Below are positions 28,929 to 38,300 of a DNA stretch of 64,000 nucleotides, piece by piece. The stretch comes from an uncultured Spirochaetota bacterium (lineage in GTDB: Bacteria > Spirochaetota > Spirochaetia > SZUA-6 > Fen-1364), in the NCBI GenBank assembly GCA_963734545.1, contig CAVTHO010000005.1, positions 686,633 to 750,632 of the forward strand, read 5' to 3'. The translations under genes were made by a program, and so were the position numbers. The number at the start of each line of letters is the position of its first letter. Within the stretch, counting starts at the first letter, position 1. The notes under the pieces were generated by a model, which was not told the DNA's origin, made no database searches, and worked only from the letters and a program-made list of their open reading frames with translations.

Positions 28929-30026
28929 TCACGAGGGGGTATAGGAAACGATCTCCCCTGCGGCCTGGTTTGTCGCGAAGATACGGTCGATGCCCTCATG
29001 ACGCGCGATCAGCATGTTCGCTGCGCCGGCGCCGGGGTCGATCACATGCCGTCGGGGACTGGCAACGCCTTTGGAGCGGCCCGACAGGGGTGCATCGAAT
29101 TCGAACAGGAGGAGATCACGGCTCCCCGCCCGGTTGCTGACCAGGATTGTGCGCACCCCGTTGAGCATTCCGGCCAGCAGGCAATGTCCGAATTCGAGCT
29201 CCGTTTCCCATGCCAGCTGCCATCGGCTGCGGACCCGCTTGTAGAGACGGGCGGAACTGCCGTGGAAGGGCTCGATAGTGATCAGCTCCTCGGTGCCGTC
29301 GCCGTCGATATCCGCAACGGCAATCTCGCTGACTTCCCGGCCCAGGACCTGCTGGAAATGCCAATCGTCTCCGCCGGAGTCGAGATCCGCCGCGAAGAGG
29401 CCCTCCGTGCCGGAAACCAGCACCGAGGGTCTGCCCATGAAGCGCGCGACAAGGAGGCCGTGATTACGATGAAGGCCTTCGAGAACGGGAGCGAGCTCCC
29501 AGCTCTCCCCGCCGGTCCGGGGCACGCGGGAGGCGTAGAGGCTCCCCGGCCTGGACCAGTCGGCAGGGTCGCTCTTGTCGGCGGCGAGAGTTGCCGCGAT
29601 CAGGAACCGGGACCCGCCGCGTTCGACGAAGTCGATTCGATGCGCGAAGGGAAGCTCGATTATTTTTTCCGCCGCGTTCTCCGGCCCGGGGCCGATCCGG
29701 TAGATGCCTCCTGTCTGGAACTTGTAGCCGAGAAAGCACCCCATGATGGCGAACAGGGTATCGGGCCGTTCATTGTCCGCGACGAGCGCCATGCATCCGC
29801 CCGGACCGGGCACCATCTCCACCGCCTCCTGAAACGGCGGGCACGCGAGCAGGATCGGGCCGTGATCCTCCGTGGCAGCCACCACGCACCGTTTCCCGTT
29901 GCGGACCACGATTCCGAGCGGGTACGGCATATGCAGCTTCGCAAGCGAGTGCTTCCTGAACTCCACCAGGGACGACCTCCCTCTCGGCCCGGGCAGGACC
30001 GTGCCGGGCTTGGACACATCCTCCAC
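28929..30026 (-). CDS. FG-GAP/VCBS-repeat (beta-propeller-like) protein
   Basis: ADIDGDGTEELITIEPFHG, HRNHG, FGHCL; no signal peptide. Confidence 0.7.
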   Translation of the reverse strand: MEDVSKPGTVLPGPRGRSSLVEFRKHSLAKLHMPYPLGIVVRNGKRCVVAATEDHGPILLACPPFQEAVEMVPGPGGCMALVADNERPDTLFAIMGCFLGYKFQTGGIYRIGPGPENAAEKIIELPFAHRIDFVERGGSRFLIAATLAADKSDPADWSRPGSLYASRVPRTGGESWELAPVLEGLHRNHGLLVARFMGRPSVLVSGTEGLFAADLDSGGDDWHFQQVLGREVSEIAVADIDGDGTEELITIEPFHGSSARLYKRVRSRWQLAWETELEFGHCLLAGMLNGVRTILVSNRAGSRDLLLFEFDAPLSGRSKGVASPRRHVIDPGAGAANMLIARHEGIDRIFATNQAAGEIVSYTPS

Positions 30027-30064
30027 GCGATTGTATGTTATGGCAAGCGTCTTTGGAGGTCACA

Positions 30065-30937
30065 ATGGCAGCAGGTACCGGATTCGTGGGGCTCGGCATC
30101 ATGGGACGTCCGATGGCGACGAACCTCGCGAAGAGCTTCCCGGTCATCGGCTACGACGTGGACGAATCCCGATTCCGGGGCATGGCAGGAGTCACGCGGG
30201 CAGCCACCCTCGCCGAGCTTGCCCGGCAATGCAGGGCGGTCTGTCTGTCCCTCCCGAGCGCGGCAGTGGTCGAGGAAGTGACGATCGGCAGCCGCGGGCT
30301 GGCCGAAAACCTGTCAGCGGGATCGCTCGTGATCGACCTCAGCACGAGCCTGCCCTCGGTTTCCCGGCGCATCGCGGCGCGTCTCGCCGAAAAAGGCATC
30401 GAGTTCGCGGACGCCCCGGTCAGCGGGGGGGAAGCCGGCGCAAGAACCGGGGCCCTGGCCATCATGGTAGGCGCATCGGCCGGGACCTTTGCGCGCTGCG
30501 TGCCGCTTCTCTCGTCAATCGGGAAATCCGTCGTGCGCGTCGGCGAGGTCGGCGCAGGCGGAGTGGCCAAGCTGGTGAACAACATGATCGTCGCGTCGAC
30601 ATTCGCCGTGATCGCCGAGGGGTTCGCCCTGGCGGCGCGGAACGGCGTCGATCCGCAGGTTCTGTACGACTCGATCCGCGAGGGATGGGCAGGATCGAAG
30701 GTGCTCGACGTCAGCGCGGCCGCGATAGTCGCGCGCGACTACACGCCGGGCGGCACGATCGACATGATGGAAAAAGACCTCGGCTATGCGAGAGTTCTCG
30801 CCACCGAGGGCCGTGTCCCCATTCCCATGACGGCGGCGGCGCATGAGATCTTTGTCGCCGGCCAGGCGGCCGGGAAGGGCCGCTCCGCGCAGCCGGCCAT
30901 AATCGAGCTCTGGCGGGACAGAGGAGGCGATGCATGA
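30065..30937 (+). CDS. Beta-hydroxyacid dehydrogenase (GarR/MmsB/LtnD family)
   Basis: GFVGLGIMGRPMA, DAPVSGG, KLVNN, KDL. Confidence 0.9.
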   Translation: MAAGTGFVGLGIMGRPMATNLAKSFPVIGYDVDESRFRGMAGVTRAATLAELARQCRAVCLSLPSAAVVEEVTIGSRGLAENLSAGSLVIDLSTSLPSVSRRIAARLAEKGIEFADAPVSGGEAGARTGALAIMVGASAGTFARCVPLLSSIGKSVVRVGEVGAGGVAKLVNNMIVASTFAVIAEGFALAARNGVDPQVLYDSIREGWAGSKVLDVSAAAIVARDYTPGGTIDMMEKDLGYARVLATEGRVPIPMTAAAHEIFVAGQAAGKGRSAQPAIIELWRDRGGDA

Positions 30938-31386
30938 CCATTGCCCTGGGCGCGGATGATGCCGCCTATGGACTGAAAGAGATCATCAAGAGCTACCTCG
31001 AAACGCTCCATGTCGACGTGACGGACTACGGGGTATTCGACACCCGTCCCTCGCTGTATCCGGATATCGCCGTGAAGGTGGCGGTTGCGATCTCCGAGGG
31101 AAAGCATGAGCGCGGCATCCTCATGTGCGGGACGGGCCTGGGCATGGCCATTACGGCGAACAAGGTTCCCGGCATCAGGGCGGCAACGTGCCACGATACC
31201 TATTCCGCCGAGCGCGCCCGCAAGAGCAACAACGCCCAGATCCTGACCATGGGCGCGCGCGTGATCGGGCCCGAGCTGGCAAAGAAGGTTGTCGATGCCT
31301 GGCTCGAGTCGGAGTTCGAGGGCGGCGGCTCGGCCCCGAAAGTGCAGCTGATCAACGAGTACGAGAAGAAACTGCATCAAAAATAG
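30934..31386 (+). CDS. rpiB: RpiB/LacA/LacB-family sugar-phosphate isomerase
   Basis: IALGADDA, GILMCGTGLGM, ANKVPGIRAA, SNNAQIL; ATGA overlap with the upstream gene. Confidence 0.88.
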   Translation: MTIALGADDAAYGLKEIIKSYLETLHVDVTDYGVFDTRPSLYPDIAVKVAVAISEGKHERGILMCGTGLGMAITANKVPGIRAATCHDTYSAERARKSNNAQILTMGARVIGPELAKKVVDAWLESEFEGGGSAPKVQLINEYEKKLHQK

Positions 31387-31422
31387 GCTGACACGGTTCC
31401 AACGGCCGACGGGGAGGTTTGC

Positions 31423-31902
31423 ATGGCTGCGGTCGATGTGCATGAGATTGTCGGACTGATCCTCGACGTGCTCGGGGAGGCGTTCGAGGGTCCGAAGGAG
31501 CGATGGAGCTATTTCACGGACAACCGCAGCGATGCGGGCCTGTTCGGCACCCTGGGGCGGCTTGCCGCGGCGGATGCGTCCCGCATCCGGGGGAAGACCA
31601 GCATCGCCGCCCACGTGCACCACGTCATTTTCGGACTGAACGCCTCGTCCCGGTGGATCGCGGGGGATCGAACGACACGCAACTGGAAAGAGAGCTGGAG
31701 CACCGGCAGCGTGGATGACGAGGAATGGGCGCGCATGCGCGAGAAGCTCAGGGCAAGCTACCAGGACATGCGGAGGGACATCGAGCTGTACGCGAGCTCC
31801 AGCAAGGAGTCGATGGGCGGAGTGATCGGCGCCCTGGCCCACGTGGCCTACCACCTGGGGGCAATCAGGCAGAAGGTCTCTTTCGACGCGGCGGCGGGAT
31901 GA
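31423..31902 (+). CDS. DinB/YfiT-family protein
   Basis: SIAAHVHHV and HVAYHLGAIRQ His motifs. Confidence 0.75.
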   Translation: MAAVDVHEIVGLILDVLGEAFEGPKERWSYFTDNRSDAGLFGTLGRLAAADASRIRGKTSIAAHVHHVIFGLNASSRWIAGDRTTRNWKESWSTGSVDDEEWARMREKLRASYQDMRRDIELYASSSKESMGGVIGALAHVAYHLGAIRQKVSFDAAAG

Positions 31903-31942
31903 GCCTCGACACGAATCGCAAAGGCGTGCATCATCTCGCGTT

Positions 31943-32596
31943 ATGACGGAAGTCCGCATTGCCGCGCTGGTCGGCGATTTCTATCATGAAGCGGGTCCCC
32001 TGCGCACCGCCCTTGAAGCGGCAGCGAAGGGACAGGGCTGCACCATCGATTTTTTCGCCGATCCGGCTGCCGGACCGTGGGACAGGCTCTCGCAGTACTC
32101 ACTGCTCGTCATGGCGCGGGAAGGCCGGATCGCTCCCCGCGAGTCCAATGCGGTGTGGAATACGGAGCGCCACGAGCGTGCCATTGCCGGGTTCGTTGCG
32201 GCAGGCGGAGGCCTCGTGGGGCTGCACGCGGGTCTGGCCTATCCCCACAAGGGGATCTATGGCCAGACGCTGCACGGGAGCTTCGCCTACCATCCCGAAG
32301 AGCACCCCGTGTTCCGGGTCCGCCCGCTCGACGCGGGACACGTCCTGCTGGACGGCTTCCAGGAGTTCGCCGTACGGGACGAGATGTACTTCATCCGCGT
32401 GGATTCCACCCAGACAACGCGGCTGCTCGAGGTCGCTGCTCCGGACTACGGGAGCTCCACTGCTGCCTGGGCGCATGCATACGGAAAGGGCAGGGTCTTC
32501 TGCTTCACGCCGGGGCACTACAGCGAAGTGCTGGCGGATCCCGCGTACCTCCGTTTTCTTGCCCGGGGAATCCAGTGGGCCCTGGGGCGCCTCTAG
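31943..32596 (+). CDS. ThuA-like (class I glutamine amidotransferase fold) protein
   Basis: GDFYH, GGGLVGLH, RDEMY, YGKGRVFCFTPGH. Confidence 0.8.
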   Translation: MTEVRIAALVGDFYHEAGPLRTALEAAAKGQGCTIDFFADPAAGPWDRLSQYSLLVMAREGRIAPRESNAVWNTERHERAIAGFVAAGGGLVGLHAGLAYPHKGIYGQTLHGSFAYHPEEHPVFRVRPLDAGHVLLDGFQEFAVRDEMYFIRVDSTQTTRLLEVAAPDYGSSTAAWAHAYGKGRVFCFTPGHYSEVLADPAYLRFLARGIQWALGRL

Positions 32597-32608
32597 AGCT
32601 CCCTCGTC

Positions 32609-33994
32609 ATGTCCGCGGCACACTGGGCGCAGGGCTCGGTCTTCTACCACATCTATCCTCTTGGCCAGTGCGCGGCACCTGAGCGCAACGATTTCATCTC
32701 ATCCCCGCAGCCGAGAATCGAGACGCTCCATGCCTGGCTCGTGCATGCGCGGCAGCTGGGCGCAAACGCGCTGTACCTGGGGCCGCTGTTCGAGTCATCC
32801 ACGCACGGCTATGACACGGCGGACTATTTCCGCGTCGATCGGCGGCTGGGACGCAACGAGGACCTCAGCCGCTTCTGCCGCGCGGCGCATGAGGCGGGCA
32901 TGCGCGTCATCTTCGACGCCGTGTTCAATCATGTCGGGCGGGCGTTCTGGGCCTTCGCGGACCTTCTGCAGAAGGGGAAGAACTCCGCGTACACGGCGTG
33001 GTTTCAGGGCGTGGATTTCGGCCGGCGCAGCCCGCACGGCGATCCATTCGCCTACGAGGGGTGGAACGGGCATTACGGCCTCGTGAAGCTCGATGTGCGC
33101 AATCCTGAAGTGAAGGAGCATCTCTTTGCCGCGGTGGCGCGGTGGGTGGAGGAGTTTCAGATCGACGGGCTGCGGCTGGATGCCGCCGACTGCATCGACA
33201 TGGGATTTCTCCAGGAGCTCGCCTCGTTCACCCATCGCGCGTGGCCCGGGTTCTGGCTCCTTGGTGAAATCATTCACGGCGACTACCGGCGGTGGGCAAA
33301 TCCCGCGACCCTCGACTCCGTCACCAACTACGAATGCTACAAGGGTCTGTATTCCAGCCACGTGGACGACAACTTCTTCGAGATCGCTTATTCGCTGAAC
33401 CGGCAGTTCGGACCGACCGGGCTCTATCGCGGTCTTCCCCTCTACAGCTTTGCCGACAACCATGACGTGAACAGGGTGGCCAGCTCGCTGAAGGATCCTG
33501 CCGACCTGGGCACGCTGTATTGTCTTCTCTTCACCATGCCCGGCGTGCCCTCGATCTACTATGGAAGCGAGTGGGGAATTGCCGGCGTGAAGGACGGCTC
33601 GGATCGGCCGCTCCGGCCCGCCCTGGAGCTCCCTGTCGTCGCCCGGGAGAGCCCGCACCGGTGGCTGGCGGAGGTCGTGAAGCGGCTCGCCGGAGTCCGT
33701 CACGAGAGTCCCGCGCTGCAGGAGGGCGACTATTCGCAGCTTCACGTTGCGGCACGCCAGATCGCGTTCCTCCGCTGCAGTCCCCGGGAGTCGGTCCTTG
33801 TCGCGGTGAATGCGGGCCCGCAGCCCGTGTCCCTGGATTGCGAGGTGCCCCGGCTCGCCGACGGTCCGGTCTTCGACCTTCTGGAGCCGGGGAGGTCGTT
33901 CATGGTTTCCCGCGGAAAGATCCGGATAGAAAGCGTTCCTGCCCGGTGGGCGAGGATCCTCAGCACCACGGGCCGTGCGCAGGAGAACAAATGA
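32609..33994 (+). CDS. GH13 alpha-amylase/cyclomaltodextrinase-like glycosidase
   Basis: HGYDT, DAVFNH, DGLRLDAA, LGEII, DNHD, PGVPSIYYGSEWG. Confidence 0.9.
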   Translation: MSAAHWAQGSVFYHIYPLGQCAAPERNDFISSPQPRIETLHAWLVHARQLGANALYLGPLFESSTHGYDTADYFRVDRRLGRNEDLSRFCRAAHEAGMRVIFDAVFNHVGRAFWAFADLLQKGKNSAYTAWFQGVDFGRRSPHGDPFAYEGWNGHYGLVKLDVRNPEVKEHLFAAVARWVEEFQIDGLRLDAADCIDMGFLQELASFTHRAWPGFWLLGEIIHGDYRRWANPATLDSVTNYECYKGLYSSHVDDNFFEIAYSLNRQFGPTGLYRGLPLYSFADNHDVNRVASSLKDPADLGTLYCLLFTMPGVPSIYYGSEWGIAGVKDGSDRPLRPALELPVVARESPHRWLAEVVKRLAGVRHESPALQEGDYSQLHVAARQIAFLRCSPRESVLVAVNAGPQPVSLDCEVPRLADGPVFDLLEPGRSFMVSRGKIRIESVPARWARILSTTGRAQENK

Positions 33995-34776
33995 CAGGCG
34001 AAATATCACCCCGATACCTGAAGACCATGCTCTCCGCCGCGCGCCGGGCCGGCGCGATCGTGAGACGCCACTACCTTTCAGAGACCCTGGATGTGCGCAA
34101 GAAGTCCGGCCAGGGAGACCTGGTGTCCGCCGCGGACCTTGAAGCAGAAGCGGAAATACTCTCGATCCTTCGCCGCGCGTTTCCGGACGCGTCCCTGGTG
34201 GCCGAGGAAAGCGGCGGCTCCCATGAGTCGGGAGCGGCTTTCTACGTGGACCCCGTGGATGGGACGCTGAACTTCGTTCACGGGGTCCCCTTCTTCGCCA
34301 TATCGATCGGCTGCTGGATCGACGGCGCAGGGGCCGCGGGGGTCGTGCTCAACCCGCGGAGCGGTGACGTGTACACCGCCGTGCGCGGGGCAGGCGCGTA
34401 CAAGAATGGAAAACCGATCAGGGTGTCCGGGGCCCCCTTCCTGAAGGATGCTCTCATCGCCACGGGCTGGCCCTACGACCGGGTCAACCGGGCCCGGCTC
34501 TTCGCCGAAATGGACAGGCTCTACGTGGAGTCCCAGGAGCTTCGCGCCCTCGGCTGCGCGAGTCTCGGGTTCTGCCTTGTTGCTGAAGGGGCCTGCGACG
34601 GGTACTGGGAGCGGGAGCTCAAGCCGTGGGACATGGCGGCCGGGGCCCTCATCGTCGTCGAGGCGGGCGGGACCGTCTCCTCGCCTGCAGGCGGCGCGTT
34701 CGATCTCGGTTCGGGCGGGGTGGCTGCGTCGAACGGCCGCATCCACGCGGAGCTCGTTGCCGCGCTGCGCGCATAA
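33991..34776 (+). CDS. suhB: Inositol monophosphatase family protein
   Basis: DLVSAAD, AEES, VDPVDGTLNF, WDMAAG; ATGA overlap. Confidence 0.85.
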   Translation: MTGEISPRYLKTMLSAARRAGAIVRRHYLSETLDVRKKSGQGDLVSAADLEAEAEILSILRRAFPDASLVAEESGGSHESGAAFYVDPVDGTLNFVHGVPFFAISIGCWIDGAGAAGVVLNPRSGDVYTAVRGAGAYKNGKPIRVSGAPFLKDALIATGWPYDRVNRARLFAEMDRLYVESQELRALGCASLGFCLVAEGACDGYWERELKPWDMAAGALIVVEAGGTVSSPAGGAFDLGSGGVAASNGRIHAELVAALRA

Positions 34777-34812
34777 CGGACACCGGCCCCCGCGCCTCGC
34801 CGGGCCGGGGCC

Positions 34813-36321
34813 CTATCCGCGGGCCAGCGTGCCGGACCTCCGCATCAGCTCCGCGTTGCGCGCGTAGAGCTCCCGGTACAGGCCGTAGGTCGCGTCGTAC
34901 AGCGGACGGTGCGCCGGGTCCGGTTGCACCGTTTCCCCCTCACGCAGCCACCGCCGTGCCTCCGAGGTTCCGCTGAACATTCCCACACCGATGCCGGCCA
35001 GGAATGCGTCACCGTAGCTCGCCCCGATCTGGCGGGCAGGGACGACCTGCTCGATCCCGGCAATGTCGCTCACGATCCGCAGCCACGCGGGATTCCTGGT
35101 GCCGCCTCCCACGGCGAGGATCCGGGAGGCCCGGCACCCCTCGGCCTCCAGGGCCTCGATGTTGTGGCGGATGCTGAAGCCGACCGATTCGAGGACCGCC
35201 CGGTAGATGTCCGCCCGGGTGTGACCCAGGGTGAGGCCGAAGATCATGCCCCGCGCGTCCGGGTCGTTCAGCGGCGTACGCTCTCCCGAGAAGTAGGGAA
35301 GGACGACCACTCCGCGCGAACCGGGCGGCGACGAGGCAGTGAGCCGGGAAAGGGCCGCATACGCGTTCCCGCCGCCGCTGCGCTCGGCGGCAAGCTCCCC
35401 GCCGGCGAAATTGTCCCGGAACCACCGGGTCAGGCTTCCCGCGGTCGCCGTTCCCCCGGCAACGACGAATGTGTCCTTCTCGAGGAACCGCGATGCCCAG
35501 AATCCCCTGGGCGCCATGAGGCCTTCCGTCCGGAGAATGAAAAATGTGCTGCTGCCGTACATGAGCATCATGTCGCCCGGCTTTGCCAGCCCCGCGCCCA
35601 CCGCTTCCGCCGCGGCATCAGCCGTCCCCGTGATGACGGGCGTCCCCGCGGCAAGCCCGGTCTCCCGCGCTGCCTCGCGCGTCACGCGCCCCATCACGCT
35701 GCTCGTCCAGGTGGGATCCGGCATCATGTCCACCGGCGCAACGAGCGGCGCGATGCTCTTCGACCATGCTCCTTTTATGGTATCGAAGAAGGGAGCGAAA
35801 ATCGCCGCGTCATAGATGTCGATGGTACGGGCCCCGGTGAGTCGAAGGTTCAGGTACCCGCTTCCGTTCAGGATCCAGCGCGTGCGCGCCCACACCTCGG
35901 GTTCGTGGCGCCGGATCCACATCACCTTGGGCGATGCGGACTGGGAGGAGAGCTGTGTCCCGGTGGCGCGCTCCAGCTCGGCTATCTCTTCCGTTGCCCG
36001 GGTGTCGATCCCGTACAGGATGGCCGGCCGCAGCGCACGGCCCTCTCCATCAACGACGACAATGGCGGGAGAGATCGTGCTCACGCCGATGCCCTCGATC
36101 GCGCCGGGCTCGATGCCGGTTTTTTTCAGGAGGTCTCCGCAGATGAGCAGGAAATCACGCCACCAGACCTTTTCAGGGTCGTGCTCGGCGCGGCCGGGAG
36201 ACGGGATGTCGAGGGAATGCTCGACCATGCATTCCGCGGCAACCTCCCCGTCTTCCCTCACCAGCACTCCCTTGGAAGAGAACGTGCCGATGTCGACGCC
36301 CAGGAGGAAGCGGCCGCTCAT
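34813..36321 (-). CDS. FGGY-family carbohydrate kinase (xylulokinase-like)
   Basis: LGVDIGT, PYFSGERTP, GLTLGHTR, VGGGTRN. Confidence 0.9.
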   Translation of the reverse strand: MSGRFLLGVDIGTFSSKGVLVREDGEVAAECMVEHSLDIPSPGRAEHDPEKVWWRDFLLICGDLLKKTGIEPGAIEGIGVSTISPAIVVVDGEGRALRPAILYGIDTRATEEIAELERATGTQLSSQSASPKVMWIRRHEPEVWARTRWILNGSGYLNLRLTGARTIDIYDAAIFAPFFDTIKGAWSKSIAPLVAPVDMMPDPTWTSSVMGRVTREAARETGLAAGTPVITGTADAAAEAVGAGLAKPGDMMLMYGSSTFFILRTEGLMAPRGFWASRFLEKDTFVVAGGTATAGSLTRWFRDNFAGGELAAERSGGGNAYAALSRLTASSPPGSRGVVVLPYFSGERTPLNDPDARGMIFGLTLGHTRADIYRAVLESVGFSIRHNIEALEAEGCRASRILAVGGGTRNPAWLRIVSDIAGIEQVVPARQIGASYGDAFLAGIGVGMFSGTSEARRWLREGETVQPDPAHRPLYDATYGLYRELYARNAELMRRSGTLARG

Positions 36322-37388
36322 GCCAGCAGGAACTCTCCGTTGCGCAGCACGGGGCGGTCGTCCACGAATACCGTCCCGTCCCTGCGGATATCCTTCACGA
36401 TGTCCCAGTGAATCGCGGAGGTATTCTTCCCGCCGCATTCGGGATAGGACCTGCCCATTGCCATGTGCATGGTGCCGCCGATCTTCTCGTCGATGAGGAT
36501 GTCCTTGCAGAACCGGTCCACCGCCATGTTTGTTCCCATTGCGAACTCTCCGACCACGCTGGCGCCTGGATCAGTGGCCAGGACGCGCTTCAGGAAGTCC
36601 TGGTTCGTGGAGGAAGTGGCATCCACGAGCCGCCCCTTCTCGAAGCGAAGGCGTATGTCGTGCACCAGTCGTCCGCTGAGAACGCCGGGGAACTCGAAGT
36701 AGATCTCCCCGTCCATGCTGTCTTCCACCGGCGCGGTCATGATCTCCCCGTCCGGCATGTTGATCCTTCCGTCCGCGGCCTGCCAGGTCCTCCCGGCCGT
36801 GGAGAAACGCAGGTCGGTTTCCTTCCCGGTGACCCGGACCCGGCTTCCCTTGTCGAGCTGCCGCGCCCAGCGGCGCCATTTCTCCGCCTCGGCCTTCCAG
36901 TCCAGGAGGGAGGCGTTGAAGAACATCTCGGTGATGGTTTCCTCGTCGCACTCCGCCTGCTGGGCGAAGGACGCGTTGGGAACCCGCACGAGGCACCACC
37001 TGGTCTTCTCCCAGCGCATGCTGGAGATTTTCCCCATGGCCTTCTGGTTGAGGGAAAGCCTGTCCGCGGAAATATCGTCGTGCTCGTGGAGGTTGGAGGC
37101 GCCCCGCAGGCCGATGTACACGTCGGCCCACTCCATGCCGTGCGCCTCCATCTCGGGAACCCAGGCGAGCTGCTCGGTGCTGCCGTGCTTCAAGAGCTGG
37201 TGCCGGAGGCCTTCGCTCAGGAAAAGCACCTGGGGGTATGCGCCTGCCTTGATCGCCGCCTCGTAGACTCCGCGGACAAGGGGATACGACTCCACCTCCC
37301 CCATGGCGATCATGACCTTCTCTCCCGGCTTCACTTCCACGGACCAGTTCACCAGGAGCTCGCCCAGCCGGCGCCAGCGCGCGTCCAT
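36318..37388 (-). CDS. M29 aminopeptidase (AmpS/AmpT family)
   Basis: NMPDGEIMTAP, GEFAMG, DEKIGGTMHMAMGRSY, SAIHWD. Confidence 0.9.
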   Translation of the reverse strand: MDARWRRLGELLVNWSVEVKPGEKVMIAMGEVESYPLVRGVYEAAIKAGAYPQVLFLSEGLRHQLLKHGSTEQLAWVPEMEAHGMEWADVYIGLRGASNLHEHDDISADRLSLNQKAMGKISSMRWEKTRWCLVRVPNASFAQQAECDEETITEMFFNASLLDWKAEAEKWRRWARQLDKGSRVRVTGKETDLRFSTAGRTWQAADGRINMPDGEIMTAPVEDSMDGEIYFEFPGVLSGRLVHDIRLRFEKGRLVDATSSTNQDFLKRVLATDPGASVVGEFAMGTNMAVDRFCKDILIDEKIGGTMHMAMGRSYPECGGKNTSAIHWDIVKDIRRDGTVFVDDRPVLRNGEFLLA

Positions 37389-37392
37389 GTTT

Positions 37393-38205
37393 TCAGCGCC
37401 CCCCCCGGATTTCCTTCACCTTCTTCATGAACTCCTTCACGCGCGACGCGTCCACGTCGTTCCAGATGTAGCCGTCCCGCTTGAACGTGGTGCCCACGAC
37501 GGCGCCGTCCGCCATTGCGAGCTGCTGCGCGATATTCTCCAGGCGCACTCCCGTGTTTGCGAACACAGGGGTTTCAGGGACGGTCTCCTTCACCTGCTTC
37601 AGGGTGTCTGTGGAGGTGGCGACGCCGGCCACCAGGCCGGAGACACACAGCGCGTCCGGCCGATGATTGAACACGGTGGAGCGGGCGATGTCGGCGGGGG
37701 TGCGGTTGCCCAGGTAGGAGGCGGCCTCGGGAACGATGTTGAACAGCAGCTTCACCTTTTCACCGTGGATGTGGTGCTGGTGACGGATGATCTCGCCGGT
37801 ATTGGTGTTCCACAGGCCGAAATCGCTCGCATACACTCCGCTGAAAATCTCGCGCACGAAAAGCCCTCCGACGGCCACGGCGAGGTCGATGGATGCCGTG
37901 GGGTCCCAGAGCACGTTCACCCCGTAGGGGACCTTTATCTCGCGGCGGAGCTCGCCGATGATCCGTGCCATCGTCACGTACGTGATGGGCTCCACTTTCG
38001 TCAGGTAGGGCAGGCTCTGCTCGTTCGAGAACATGACCGCGTCGACCCCGCCGTCCTGCAGCGCGTTGAGGTTCTTGCGCGCGCACTCGACGATCCAGTC
38101 CACGCCCTTTTCGTGCTTGTACCCCGGGTCCCCGGGCAGGGGTTCCAGGTGGCACATTGCGATGATCGGCTTCTGCACGCCGAACATGTCCTTCAACCAG
38201 CTCAT
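37393..38205 (-). CDS. BtpA/SgcQ-family TIM-barrel protein
   Basis: KPIIAMCHLEPLPGDP, GGVDAVMFSNE, GVNVLWD, DALCVSG, ADGAVVGT. Confidence 0.9.
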   Translation of the reverse strand: MSWLKDMFGVQKPIIAMCHLEPLPGDPGYKHEKGVDWIVECARKNLNALQDGGVDAVMFSNEQSLPYLTKVEPITYVTMARIIGELRREIKVPYGVNVLWDPTASIDLAVAVGGLFVREIFSGVYASDFGLWNTNTGEIIRHQHHIHGEKVKLLFNIVPEAASYLGNRTPADIARSTVFNHRPDALCVSGLVAGVATSTDTLKQVKETVPETPVFANTGVRLENIAQQLAMADGAVVGTTFKRDGYIWNDVDASRVKEFMKKVKEIRGGR

Positions 38206-38300
38206 GGTGATTCCTCCGGTATGCCCCACAGTAGTCTCCCCGCGTCGAAGTAGTCAAGAATAGTCGGGAGAACTATAGTTGCCGGAAGAGGAGACCGCGC

